A model generated the notes under the pieces. It ran no database searches. It saw only the letters and a program-made list of their open reading frames with translations, and was not told the DNA's origin. A DNA stretch of 64,000 nt, taken from an uncultured virus (IMG/VR IMGVR_UViG_2923073944_000003) (taxonomy: Duplodnaviria; Heunggongvirae; Uroviricota; Caudoviricetes). A program made the translations under genes and the position numbers. Positions 41,015 to 50,174 of this stretch are shown here, piece by piece. Numbering within the stretch: position 1 is the stretch's first letter; each line of letters starts with the position of its first letter. Location: IMG/VR virus record IMGVR_UViG_2923073944_000003, positions 1 through 64,000 of that record. One strand, written 5' to 3'.

Positions 41015-41407
41015 TTAAACAACTTCACTCCATGACCACATGTTCATTGTTTGTAGCGTAAAACCGTCAGGAAGCTTTTTCATTTTTATATTTACGTTAT
41101 ATCTCTTCCCAGTGGTCTTATGAATTACAGCAAGTTCTTCACCATCATAGAACCGCACAATTGCTTCATTAAATTCAATTGGCTGATCAACCACGTAACC
41201 TTCTTTGAGCGCTTTGATATACAGATAAGGATCTGCCTTATAAAGCTCATATAGTCTATTACCAAAGTCTTCGTGTTTATCTCTAAGCAGGTTAAAATTA
41301 ATTAGGGATATGTACAGTTTTTCAGATAAGCTCAGCTTGTTTTTGAAATACCGGATTGCTTCATCTTGTTCTTCACTTAAAATATTGGCCATATATCCAT
41401 CTCCCAA
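41015..41407 (-). CDS. yorC: Hypothetical protein
   Basis: Synteny. Confidence 0.6.
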   Translation of the reverse strand: MGDGYMANILSEEQDEAIRYFKNKLSLSEKLYISLINFNLLRDKHEDFGNRLYELYKADPYLYIKALKEGYVVDQPIEFNEAIVRFYDGEELAVIHKTTGKRYNVNIKMKKLPDGFTLQTMNMWSWSEVV

Positions 41408-41430
41408 TCTTGTTAAAACTACAATTTTAT

Positions 41431-43173
41431 TTAGACTACAACATCTCCTTCTGCTGTCTTCAGCGTTCCACTATCATATGTGTTATGAATTAACGTTGTA
41501 TTCTTTGCTTTATCTGTGCAATAAGGGTGAGATAATAGCTTACCTCCAATTCCCCGCGCATCATTTCTTACAAGCCGTACTTTGTCCGTATTCTCCAAAT
41601 ACACTCCATATCCCTGGTCTGTTGAACGATTAAACATGATCTCATTATTGTTTAACATGTGTTCTGAACCACCTGTCAGGTGGATAGCAATCAATGACTT
41701 ACAGAAATAAATCTGATTCTCACTGATCTGACAGCTGTATTTCTCGGATGTACCTTTGATTGCAACATTTCTTGGATTATGAATTTCATTTCTGTTGAAA
41801 TACACTTCAGAATCCTTATCCCAAAAGATGCCGTATCCACTTCCGCTTAAGAATAGGTCATTCAACATTAAACGAACTGATTGAGACCTCTCACAATAAA
41901 TTCCCCCGTGCACATTTGCAAATTCATTAATTGCAAAGCTTACACGGTTCGAATCCATGATTTTAATGGCATAAGCAGATGTGGTATTTCCCCCTTTATT
42001 ATTTGTAACTCTCACATCTTTTGAGTTTCGCACTTGAACTTGTATACAATCGCTGTTTTCAATATGATTATTCGAAATAAAAACATCTTCAGCTTCATGT
42101 GTTGCAATCGGACAAGCCGCGATGTTTTCAAGTATATTGTTCGTTACATCAATCCCTTTACCTCTTACACATATGCCTATTTCAAACCCTCTTACAGTGT
42201 TACCGCTGATTTGTACTCTATTTCCTGACTCCGTGCTTGAAACACCCACCGAGTCAATTCCATATTTCTTGGATTTTCCCTTATTAATAATCTTGTTGTC
42301 CTTAACACTGACATCAGTGCTGTATCCATAAGAGATAACATTGTCACTAAAGTTTCCTTCTAAGTTTACTTCACCGCTTGTGTGAGCTGTAACGGATCCA
42401 CGCCCATTATTTTTAAACCGGCAGTTTCGTACAGTTAATTTGTATGGGTGATCATACTTAATTCCGTTTTCTCCAAAACCCTCTAAATCAATTCCTAATT
42501 GTGGCCCAATGGTATCTCCCCCAGCTTCCTCTATATCACAGTCGTCTACAAGAAGACCTTCACAACCATTGGTAGCCAGATTATTTCTTCTCCCTCTTAA
42601 AAGAGTACACTTTCGAACGGTTACATTCTTTGAAGGCGTATACGCTCCTGAAGTGTTCATCATCCCATCGGCTGCTATCCAAATGTTATCTCCAATACAG
42701 TCAGAGACTTGCACATTTTCAATTAACACATTACTGCTGCCATGAATATGAATTCCGTATCCCCATTCATGTGTCCTTTTAATTGAAGTTACTTTTGAAT
42801 AATCATGCTCGTATCGATCCCCTATAATTTGACCGCCACGAATCGTTACATTGCTCGCTTGGCCAATATAAAAACAGGAGTAGCCTTGAGAATCATTAGG
42901 CAACACTTTAAAAACAGCCTCTGGATGAAGTATTAACTCAATATTCGAAGGAACATTAATACCTCCACCGAATTCAGGCAACCGCCTTGACATATTCACA
43001 GCATCAATTAGATAGGTACCTTTTGGAATATGTACTTTATAGAATGATTTTGAGCTTGCATACTCTAAAGCTCGGTTTATTCCTTCTGTTGTTTCAATTG
43101 CATTTGACCCTTTATCATCAATTCCCCAATCCAGAGCATCAACAAAATAGTATAAGGACTGCTCCATGTTCAT
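41431..43173 (-). CDS. yorA: Right-handed beta-helix (pectin lyase-like) protein
   Basis: Parallel beta-helix repeats; IPKGTY. Confidence 0.88.
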   Translation of the reverse strand: MNMEQSLYYFVDALDWGIDDKGSNAIETTEGINRALEYASSKSFYKVHIPKGTYLIDAVNMSRRLPEFGGGINVPSNIELILHPEAVFKVLPNDSQGYSCFYIGQASNVTIRGGQIIGDRYEHDYSKVTSIKRTHEWGYGIHIHGSSNVLIENVQVSDCIGDNIWIAADGMMNTSGAYTPSKNVTVRKCTLLRGRRNNLATNGCEGLLVDDCDIEEAGGDTIGPQLGIDLEGFGENGIKYDHPYKLTVRNCRFKNNGRGSVTAHTSGEVNLEGNFSDNVISYGYSTDVSVKDNKIINKGKSKKYGIDSVGVSSTESGNRVQISGNTVRGFEIGICVRGKGIDVTNNILENIAACPIATHEAEDVFISNNHIENSDCIQVQVRNSKDVRVTNNKGGNTTSAYAIKIMDSNRVSFAINEFANVHGGIYCERSQSVRLMLNDLFLSGSGYGIFWDKDSEVYFNRNEIHNPRNVAIKGTSEKYSCQISENQIYFCKSLIAIHLTGGSEHMLNNNEIMFNRSTDQGYGVYLENTDKVRLVRNDARGIGGKLLSHPYCTDKAKNTTLIHNTYDSGTLKTAEGDVVV

Positions 43174-43994
43174 GTTGTCAAACCGTTCCCTTCTACATTT
43201 TCACTGAGAAACCGTGAAAGAGTGTCAATGAAATTATAAAAGGTCTCATTTCTTGTTCCTGAGCGCCCTTTGAGAGAAAAGGTGTTAAACATTGATTTTC
43301 GCAGTCCAGTACTTAACTCAAGTTGAATGCTCTTTCCTGTTTTATTTTTATTGGCCACGTTATTTGGACTGCTACCGGATAACCTCGTCCCCTCATCAAG
43401 AAGCTCTGCAGAGTAACCGGCATTATTTAATGTGTTTGTTATCGCTTCAGCTTTCTCCCGATCTGTGCCGCCAACTAAAACATGTTGATCATTACTTGCG
43501 TACCCGTGAAGTGAAAGTGTGAACTCATGTTCCTTCAACATTTCAAGTGCTTGTGGTTCATCAAAATTCGTACTGGTTAAGTGTAAATCAAATGCTCCTG
43601 GTGTCTTTAAAGCTTCAAAAAGATATGTAGAGTATGCTTCGCTTAATTCCTTTGCAAGCTCACTTGTTCCCCCTTCTATGCCACCTCCATGGGGAGCAAG
43701 AATTAATACATCGGTGTCTTTCTCTTTTGAGAATACACTGAAATTGAACGGGGATTCATTAGCTTTAAGCTCTTCAAAGTTCCGATACTTGTCCGCTGCT
43801 AAAATACTCACTGGATTCAGGAATGAAACCAGAGCAGTCACCAAGACTGGAAAAGTCTTCTTAACTGTGCTATACTTTAATAGCTTCGCTTCAGGGTGAA
43901 GTGTGCAGATTAGAGTGTACCGTCCAAAGTCTCTCTTTTCTGCTCCTTTAGTCTTTTTTAACAGTTCCTCTATTCTGTTTTTAATCCTCAACAA
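43170..43994 (-). CDS. pghZ: Poly-gamma-glutamate hydrolase
   Basis: APHGGGIEGGTSE, HLTSTNFDEP, SLHG. Confidence 0.9.
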   Translation of the reverse strand: MLRIKNRIEELLKKTKGAEKRDFGRYTLICTLHPEAKLLKYSTVKKTFPVLVTALVSFLNPVSILAADKYRNFEELKANESPFNFSVFSKEKDTDVLILAPHGGGIEGGTSELAKELSEAYSTYLFEALKTPGAFDLHLTSTNFDEPQALEMLKEHEFTLSLHGYASNDQHVLVGGTDREKAEAITNTLNNAGYSAELLDEGTRLSGSSPNNVANKNKTGKSIQLELSTGLRKSMFNTFSLKGRSGTRNETFYNFIDTLSRFLSENVEGNGLTT

Positions 43995-44089
43995 TTAACA
44001 ACCACTCCTTTTTATTTTTGTTTTATTCTTAAAACTCAAATCACATAGATAACTCACATGTTATCACCCCCTTAAATAAAATATCGTTT

Positions 44090-44440
44090 TTATTCAGTTT
44101 CCAAAAGCTCAGGATCTTCGTAAATGTTTCCTGCTACATCCCACCAGACTGACTCGAGTTCTATGAGATGCTGATCATCATTCATTTCTCCACCCTTAGC
44201 CCAAAAAGATCCGTCTTTCCAGTAGACTCTCCAATGAAAACCATCTACATCTTGGATGATATCCCCCTCATAAATCTCTCTGTGGTATTTGTCCTTCATC
44301 CCCGTGTATTGCATCCATGAACTGTATTTTTCATTTTCATCATTATCATCTAGCGCTGCCAACTGAAACTGCTTTATATGATCCCAATAGTGCATTACTT
44401 TTTTCTTTTTTGAATACATCCGAAACTTAATTTCTCTCAT
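44090..44440 (-). CDS. YopX family protein
   Basis: MREIKFR...MQYTGMKD...EIYEGDI...GNIYEDPELL. Confidence 0.9.
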   Translation of the reverse strand: MREIKFRMYSKKKKVMHYWDHIKQFQLAALDDNDENEKYSSWMQYTGMKDKYHREIYEGDIIQDVDGFHWRVYWKDGSFWAKGGEMNDDQHLIELESVWWDVAGNIYEDPELLETE

Positions 44441-44475
44441 TCTGCGACCTCCGTTTTTTTCTTCACTAATACCAT

Positions 44476-44736
44476 TTAACTCAGTATACTTATTTTATTT
44501 TTATCAAATAAATCAATTATATAGGCTTCGTACATCTCATCCCAATAAGGTTCTGTTCTTGCTATGTATTTTGCTGATTTCCCATTTTCCTCAATCTTAA
44601 ATGTTTGTCCCTTTTGAATATCCGTGAACTTCTTCTTTGTCCATATCCCTCTGATCAACACTTCAACTTCTTTAACCTCAACTGTTTGCTGCATCACATT
44701 CCTCCTTTTTGATTTTCGTGTATCAAGCCTGTACAA
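44476..44736 (-). CDS. yoqX: Hypothetical protein (likely start near MQQTV)
   Basis: Synteny. Confidence 0.6.
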   Translation of the reverse strand: MYRLDTRKSKRRNVMQQTVEVKEVEVLIRGIWTKKKFTDIQKGQTFKIEENGKSAKYIARTEPYWDEMYEAYIIDLFDKNKISILS

Positions 44737-44755
44737 TATTCAAAAACCCTAAAGG

Positions 44756-45439
44756 ATGATGAACATGTGTGGCAGGTTCACTTTATTCTCTGAGTTCGAT
44801 GACATCATTGAGCAATTCAATATAGATCAATTTTTGCCTGAAGACGAATACCATCCAAGTTATAACGTCGCTCCTTCACAAAACATCCTGACAATCATTA
44901 ATGATGGGTCAAACAATCGTCTGGGTAAGCTTAGATGGGGTCTTATTCCTCCTTGGGCTAAGGATGAAAAGATCGGGTATAAAATGATTAATGCTCGTGC
45001 TGAAACATTGGCCGAGAAACCCAGCTTTCGAAAGCCACTCGTAAGCAAACGTTGTATCATCCCAGCTGACAGTTTTTATGAATGGAAGCGTCTTGATCCA
45101 AAGACTAAGATTCCTATGCGTATTAAGCTCAAATCCTCCAATCTCTTTGCTTTTGCCGGCTTATATGAAAAGTGGAACACGTCAGAAGGCAATCCGTTGT
45201 ATACTTGCACAATCATCACAACAAAGCCTAATGAGCTTATGGAAGACATTCATGATCGGATGCCAGTTATCCTTACAAATGAGAATGAAAAGGAATGGCT
45301 AAATCCTAAAAACACTGACCCTGATTATCTTCAAAGCTTACTGTTGCCGTATAACTCTGATGACATGGAAGCTTATCAAGTTTCATCCTTAGTTAACTCA
45401 CCTAAAAACAACTCACCGGAGCTCATTGAATCCCATTAA
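44756..45439 (+). CDS. yoqW: SRAP abasic-site processing protein
   Basis: MCGRF, NARAET, HDRMP. Confidence 0.93.
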   Translation: MMNMCGRFTLFSEFDDIIEQFNIDQFLPEDEYHPSYNVAPSQNILTIINDGSNNRLGKLRWGLIPPWAKDEKIGYKMINARAETLAEKPSFRKPLVSKRCIIPADSFYEWKRLDPKTKIPMRIKLKSSNLFAFAGLYEKWNTSEGNPLYTCTIITTKPNELMEDIHDRMPVILTNENEKEWLNPKNTDPDYLQSLLLPYNSDDMEAYQVSSLVNSPKNNSPELIESH

Positions 45440-45508
45440 GTACCACAGTCATTTTGCTTTATATATCACCTTCGCTTAGCTATTATGTTCTAAGTAGGAG
45501 GTGATATT

Positions 45509-46321
45509 TTGTTTGTATCGCCAATGTTATTGCATTCGATAAAGGAACCATTTGATGACGAGAACTATATCACTGAGCTGAAATTTGATGGAATTAGACT
45601 GATTCTCTCCAAGTTTAATGATCAGATAAAGCTTTATACTCGTCACAACAATGAGGTAACAAGCAAGTTCCCAGAACTCTTGAATCTCGATATACCCAAT
45701 GGAACTGTTTTAGATGGTGAAATTATTGTTGCTGCCCCAGGCGGCGCTCCTGATTTCGAGGCTGTAATGGAACGCTTTATGTCTAAGAAATCAGCCCATA
45801 AGGTGGTTTACTGTGTATTCGATGTAATTTATATTGATGGGCATTCAATCGCTAATAAGCCGCTCAATGAACGTAAAAACATGCTTTTAAATCTTAACCT
45901 TGATCACGATAATGTATATGTTATTGAGGGCCTGCAAGGAAAAGGGTTAGCTTACTTTAATCTAGCCAAAGAAAAGCATCTTGAAGGAATCGTACTAAAG
46001 AAAGCTAACTCCCCTTATGAAATCAATAAACGTTCCCACAGCTGGCTGAAAGTGATTAACTATGATTACACAGATGTCCTTATCACTGGCTACACCAAAG
46101 AGGATATAAAATTTCTTCTGTCTTATCCTGATGGTACGGCAGCTGGATTTATGGAATTCATGCCGAACGCAGAACGAAGTAAGTTCCACTCTATGAAACA
46201 TGTAAAGTCTGAATCTGATGAATATGTATTTATAGAACCGATCTTATGTAAGGTTAAGCACAGATTTAAGACTAAGCATGGTAAACTCCGCATACCTTCC
46301 TTTGAATCCTGGAGAGTCTAA
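45509..46321 (+). CDS. ligB: ATP-dependent DNA ligase
   Basis: ELKFDGIR, LDGE, EGIVLK. Confidence 0.93.
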   Translation: MFVSPMLLHSIKEPFDDENYITELKFDGIRLILSKFNDQIKLYTRHNNEVTSKFPELLNLDIPNGTVLDGEIIVAAPGGAPDFEAVMERFMSKKSAHKVVYCVFDVIYIDGHSIANKPLNERKNMLLNLNLDHDNVYVIEGLQGKGLAYFNLAKEKHLEGIVLKKANSPYEINKRSHSWLKVINYDYTDVLITGYTKEDIKFLLSYPDGTAAGFMEFMPNAERSKFHSMKHVKSESDEYVFIEPILCKVKHRFKTKHGKLRIPSFESWRV

Positions 46322-46556
46322 TCTCTCCGTTACATAATTCCTTAGTGACTTGCCATCGCACATTAAATGAAAATTTAGTACATGGATCAATTAGATAATT
46401 CATCGTTAAAATAACTATTTTATTTTGATCCCAAAATAATTTACCAAATATCATAGCCCACAAAATCATTTAAAATATTCGTCATTTCCTCATTCTCTTC
46501 TTCTGTCAATCCATATTCATCAAGTCTCTTTAAATAATCTTCTCGTTCGTTCTTGG

Positions 46557-47417
46557 TCAATTCCCTTCCTCCTTTAATTCCACATTAATATTCAATACTT
46601 TTGCAATCCGTTTACCCACCTCATCGGAAACTGTTTGTGACACCCTTTCTTTAAATCCATGTAGTAGCTGGCCTCCGTTTTCAAAACCTTCTTCAATAAG
46701 TGATTCAATCTTTTCTCCCGCAATTCTATCCAGTTTTCCTGACTTAGACATCTTCTGAACTTCATTAGAAACCGCAATGCTAATCATATCTTGTACATCT
46801 TGTCTTGAAATACTTAATTCATTATGTATGTAGTTTTTGACTTCTTTGTATGCACTATTTTTATTTTCAAAGGTCTTCTTATGTTTACCTAATGGGACGA
46901 GGACACGGTATTCATCGCCAAACACCAACCCAATAGTTTCTACGCTTACGTCTCCAGCAGAATGGCGTGATTTTACCGTTCCAACTCTCCCTGTATCATA
47001 ATCGTCCCCTATTACTCCGTCAGGCCTAACAATGATAATCTTCTCGCCTACTTCCCCCTCACGTTCGACCATTTCGTAGCTGCCGTCGTCAATATGAACG
47101 ATGTCGGTCGGTTCGAGTACGTGATATTCTTCGCGAATGATAAATCCGCTGAGATTTGTACCGCTACGAGCTTCGTCACTTTCTACGTGCGCCTTTCCCG
47201 GGCAGGCACGATCAACTGTAAAAATAGCGCCGTTCTCGTACCATTCATCGCAATCAGCCTTCTCTACAATTACGATCTTCTCGCCAACCTCCGCCTTCCG
47301 ATCGACCTCTACATATTCGCGCTTGATGCCGCCAAGTTTTTCGTCAGCCAATACGTGAATCTTTGTATTTGTGTTTGCCTTAGTTTCGCTCATTTGCTCC
47401 ACCTCAATTTTCTTCAT
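46557..47417 (-). CDS. Phage protein with two internal repeats
   Basis: EYVEVDRKAEVGEKIVIV and SYEMVEREGEVGEKIIIV. Confidence 0.7.
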   Translation of the reverse strand: MKKIEVEQMSETKANTNTKIHVLADEKLGGIKREYVEVDRKAEVGEKIVIVEKADCDEWYENGAIFTVDRACPGKAHVESDEARSGTNLSGFIIREEYHVLEPTDIVHIDDGSYEMVEREGEVGEKIIIVRPDGVIGDDYDTGRVGTVKSRHSAGDVSVETIGLVFGDEYRVLVPLGKHKKTFENKNSAYKEVKNYIHNELSISRQDVQDMISIAVSNEVQKMSKSGKLDRIAGEKIESLIEEGFENGGQLLHGFKERVSQTVSDEVGKRIAKVLNINVELKEEGN

Positions 47418-47535
47418 GTTTTTTTCAATTCTTTTTGATTTTCATATTACTTTTCACTCTTTTATTAATAGGAGCGTGTCATACACACGCCACCTAAAAG
47501 AGATAGGACATTTTTGTCTCGGGAGGTGAAAGGTA

Positions 47536-47688
47536 ATGAAAATTCTTATGGATCTTTTCACAAATTGGACTTTTGATAAAGTCATGGATTACATGCTGGC
47601 TGCTGTAATTTGGTTTGTATTCAAGTCCAAGTCAAAGCAGAATGAGTATCCCGATGACTTGGAGGAAAGAAGGCGCTATAGAGATTAA
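47536..47688 (+). CDS. yoqT: 50-aa small membrane protein
   Basis: Hand-translated MKILMDLFTNWTFDKVMDYMLAAVIWFVFK...; RBS GGGAGGTG; hairpin at 47701-47738. Confidence 0.65.
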   Translation: MKILMDLFTNWTFDKVMDYMLAAVIWFVFKSKSKQNEYPDDLEERRRYRD

Positions 47689-47773
47689 CATCCCCTCTGC
47701 GATCGTTATCAGATTTGCTTATAATTTCGATAACGATCCATCCTTATATGTTTAGTTGAAAACTATCTTTTAT

Positions 47774-48034
47774 TTAGACTCTCTCATAAGTCTGATGAAA
47801 TATGTCTGGTTTACATGGATAAAACTCACCTTGGACTCCTTTTATTACATAATCATTAGGTGAAATGATCATGTTGCCTTCTAAAGTTTGTATATAAATA
47901 ACACGTATTGTTGTAAGTGAATCAGACCAGATACCCACTATATCACCGCAGAAGTCCCTTAACTTATCGTAAGAATCTTGTGATCCATCATATTGAATAG
48001 CATCAATGACAACTGGTTTTTTTCTATATTTCAC
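47774..48034 (-). CDS. Conserved phage protein (PGDYG-like)
   Basis: KYRKKPVVI...TLEG...GEFYPCKPDIF. Confidence 0.75.
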   Translation of the reverse strand: MKYRKKPVVIDAIQYDGSQDSYDKLRDFCGDIVGIWSDSLTTIRVIYIQTLEGNMIISPNDYVIKGVQGEFYPCKPDIFHQTYERV

Positions 48035-48483
48035 TTCCCCACCTCTTCCTTTAAAATCACGATTTCATTTAGAGTAAACCTTTTTCTTACTGTCACGCGT
48101 TCACTTTCGGAAAACATATTAATCTACTAACTTTAATAACTCATCGACTTCATAATTATATTCACCATATTCACCAGAGCCCCATTCAACACCTACAGAA
48201 CCTCGATTTGTCGTCCACAATATAATTCCCATCTCCCCACATTCATGCCACCTTACTTGCTTCCCTTTCTGATAACCAAGCATGTTTTCAACCCCATTCG
48301 ATTCTAATGAATGATATTTTGTTATCTTTCCACCAGGCTTCGAGCAATTTTTTCAATTCTTATTCTGCGTTTTTCATCTAGTATCTCTCTTTCGTTAACT
48401 TCTAACATCTTCTTTAAGCTTAGATTTTTTCTAATAAGCTCTTTCATTCTGTTCATGCGTTTTCTCCTTCTCGATTCTTTATA

Positions 48484-48684
48484 TTACTTATATTCAAACA
48501 TAGACCCTTCTTCTTCCTTAGGAATTTGTGAACACTCATTTGTGTCCGGCTTAGAATTTACATAAATGAACCCTTTATCCTCGCTCAATATTTCATACTC
48601 CTTACCCTTTTTAAAAATAGGACAACTGTGTTCATCCTCAAAGAAAACATCTTTTTTAAAGACAACTAAATCCATTCTTTTCAA
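48484..48684 (-). CDS. Hypothetical protein
   Basis: ORF. Confidence 0.55.
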   Translation of the reverse strand: MKRMDLVVFKKDVFFEDEHSCPIFKKGKEYEILSEDKGFIYVNSKPDTNECSQIPKEEEGSMFEYK

Positions 48685-48707
48685 CCTTTCTCATCGTATT
48701 TTTTTAT

Positions 48708-48938
48708 TCAAATGACGAGCTTAGACCTGTGAGGTCTTTTATGTATAAAATTAAATGGGATATCCAACTCTTTATTTACTTTATCCTCATTTATGTGCTC
48801 CATCTCTAAAATCAAATGTCCACTTTCCTGGCGGTCAATGCTATGGACTGAATATCCTTTAGCAGCGTAATATTCACCAATAATCTCATCAACGTGGTTG
48901 CTAAGCAGATTCCTCTTTATCACCTTAATAACCTCCAC
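48708..48938 (-). CDS. Hypothetical protein
   Basis: ORF. Confidence 0.55.
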   Translation of the reverse strand: MEVIKVIKRNLLSNHVDEIIGEYYAAKGYSVHSIDRQESGHLILEMEHINEDKVNKELDIPFNFIHKRPHRSKLVI

Positions 48939-49109
48939 TTATTTTATTTTTATCCTTTAAGTATTTATATGTATTCCATCCGCAGCCATCAAATATGCTT
49001 ATGTCCGCTCCAAGATGCCATCTAAACCAAACTAAGTTAAACCAGGCTGTATCAATTATGTGCTTTAAATAACCTATGTGCCTTCCTCCTTACAATGAAA
49101 ATAGTCCTT

Positions 49110-49502
49110 TTACACGAATAATAAAGTAGGTTTTTTGTCCTCTTCATATCGTTCATACCCTATAAAATAATTATCGTAGTCCTTCCGAATATAAGGAGAG
49201 ACCCATTCAATGAAATTTTCAATTTCATCATCATAGTTTTTTAAATTGCATCTAATTGTCACGTAACAACCGCCTATAGTGTCATTTACAATTTCACTAT
49301 GAGTTGTTCCATCGAAGTAGTAACTATCTGATTGAAGCATCCATTTCCATCTGGTTTCTTTAGAGAATAGCTTGTGGTCAGGTAATTCATTCGGATGATC
49401 CTCTCTCTGACCACACATGAATTCAAGTGTTTCAATAATATGCCTCGGAGTCTCCTGTATAAGCTCAAAAGCACAAACCAATTCTGTGTACATTCCCATC
49501 AT
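49110..49502 (-). CDS. Hypothetical phage protein
   Basis: ORF with RBS. Confidence 0.65.
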   Translation of the reverse strand: MMGMYTELVCAFELIQETPRHIIETLEFMCGQREDHPNELPDHKLFSKETRWKWMLQSDSYYFDGTTHSEIVNDTIGGCYVTIRCNLKNYDDEIENFIEWVSPYIRKDYDNYFIGYERYEEDKKPTLLFV

Positions 49503-49534
49503 TACATCTCCCTCTCTTTAAAACAGTCTTTTTA

Positions 49535-50131
49535 TTAAATCCCAATCACACTTTCCCTTAGATTCTTTATCCATTCGTTTCGTCTGTTTACTCTCTCAAC
49601 TTCTTCCTGGTGCATTTGTTTGTACCACTCGATATTATCCCTTGTTTTCTCAATTTTCATTTTCAACCATTCTTCAGGATCATGTCGTACGACCTCTCTA
49701 ATGAGACTGGGATTACAGTCAGTTTTAATACTGCCTTTTAACTGCTCAATTGCAAACTCTTTAAGGCTTATGTGCTCACTTGTAGGCGGCTCCCATTCTT
49801 TGATACATTCTAATAATTTCGTATACCGTTTTAGGAGTTTCTTTTGGTTATCAGAGATTTTCTTATATTCATTTAATTGATTTCGATACAGGGTGTCTAC
49901 AGCCATCTCCGCTTCTTTTAGTGACATATTTGAATACCTGTCTAACTCTGATAACTCCTTGGTTAGAGCATCTTTATAGTAGCCACTCGGTTCAAACTCA
50001 GGTATTTCAGCATTTAAAGGTTCTTCCCTCATTGAAATGGTTGCACCAAAAGCCCGTGCACATGTCAATAAAAAGTCCTTAGGGGATACCTCTTCTCCAT
50101 GATAAATTTCGCTTGTATATCCTGTTGGCAT
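49535..50131 (-). CDS. Conserved phage protein (MPTGYT family)
   Basis: ORF with RBS. Confidence 0.7.
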   Translation of the reverse strand: MPTGYTSEIYHGEEVSPKDFLLTCARAFGATISMREEPLNAEIPEFEPSGYYKDALTKELSELDRYSNMSLKEAEMAVDTLYRNQLNEYKKISDNQKKLLKRYTKLLECIKEWEPPTSEHISLKEFAIEQLKGSIKTDCNPSLIREVVRHDPEEWLKMKIEKTRDNIEWYKQMHQEEVERVNRRNEWIKNLRESVIGI

Positions 50132-50174
50132 ATATAAACTTCCTTTCTCTTTAAAATTTTACTTTTAATCTAAT

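Noticed and set aside
47774..48034. PGDYG-like protein as an anti-defence sponge
   Set aside because: No motif I can tie to a characterised family; left as hypothetical
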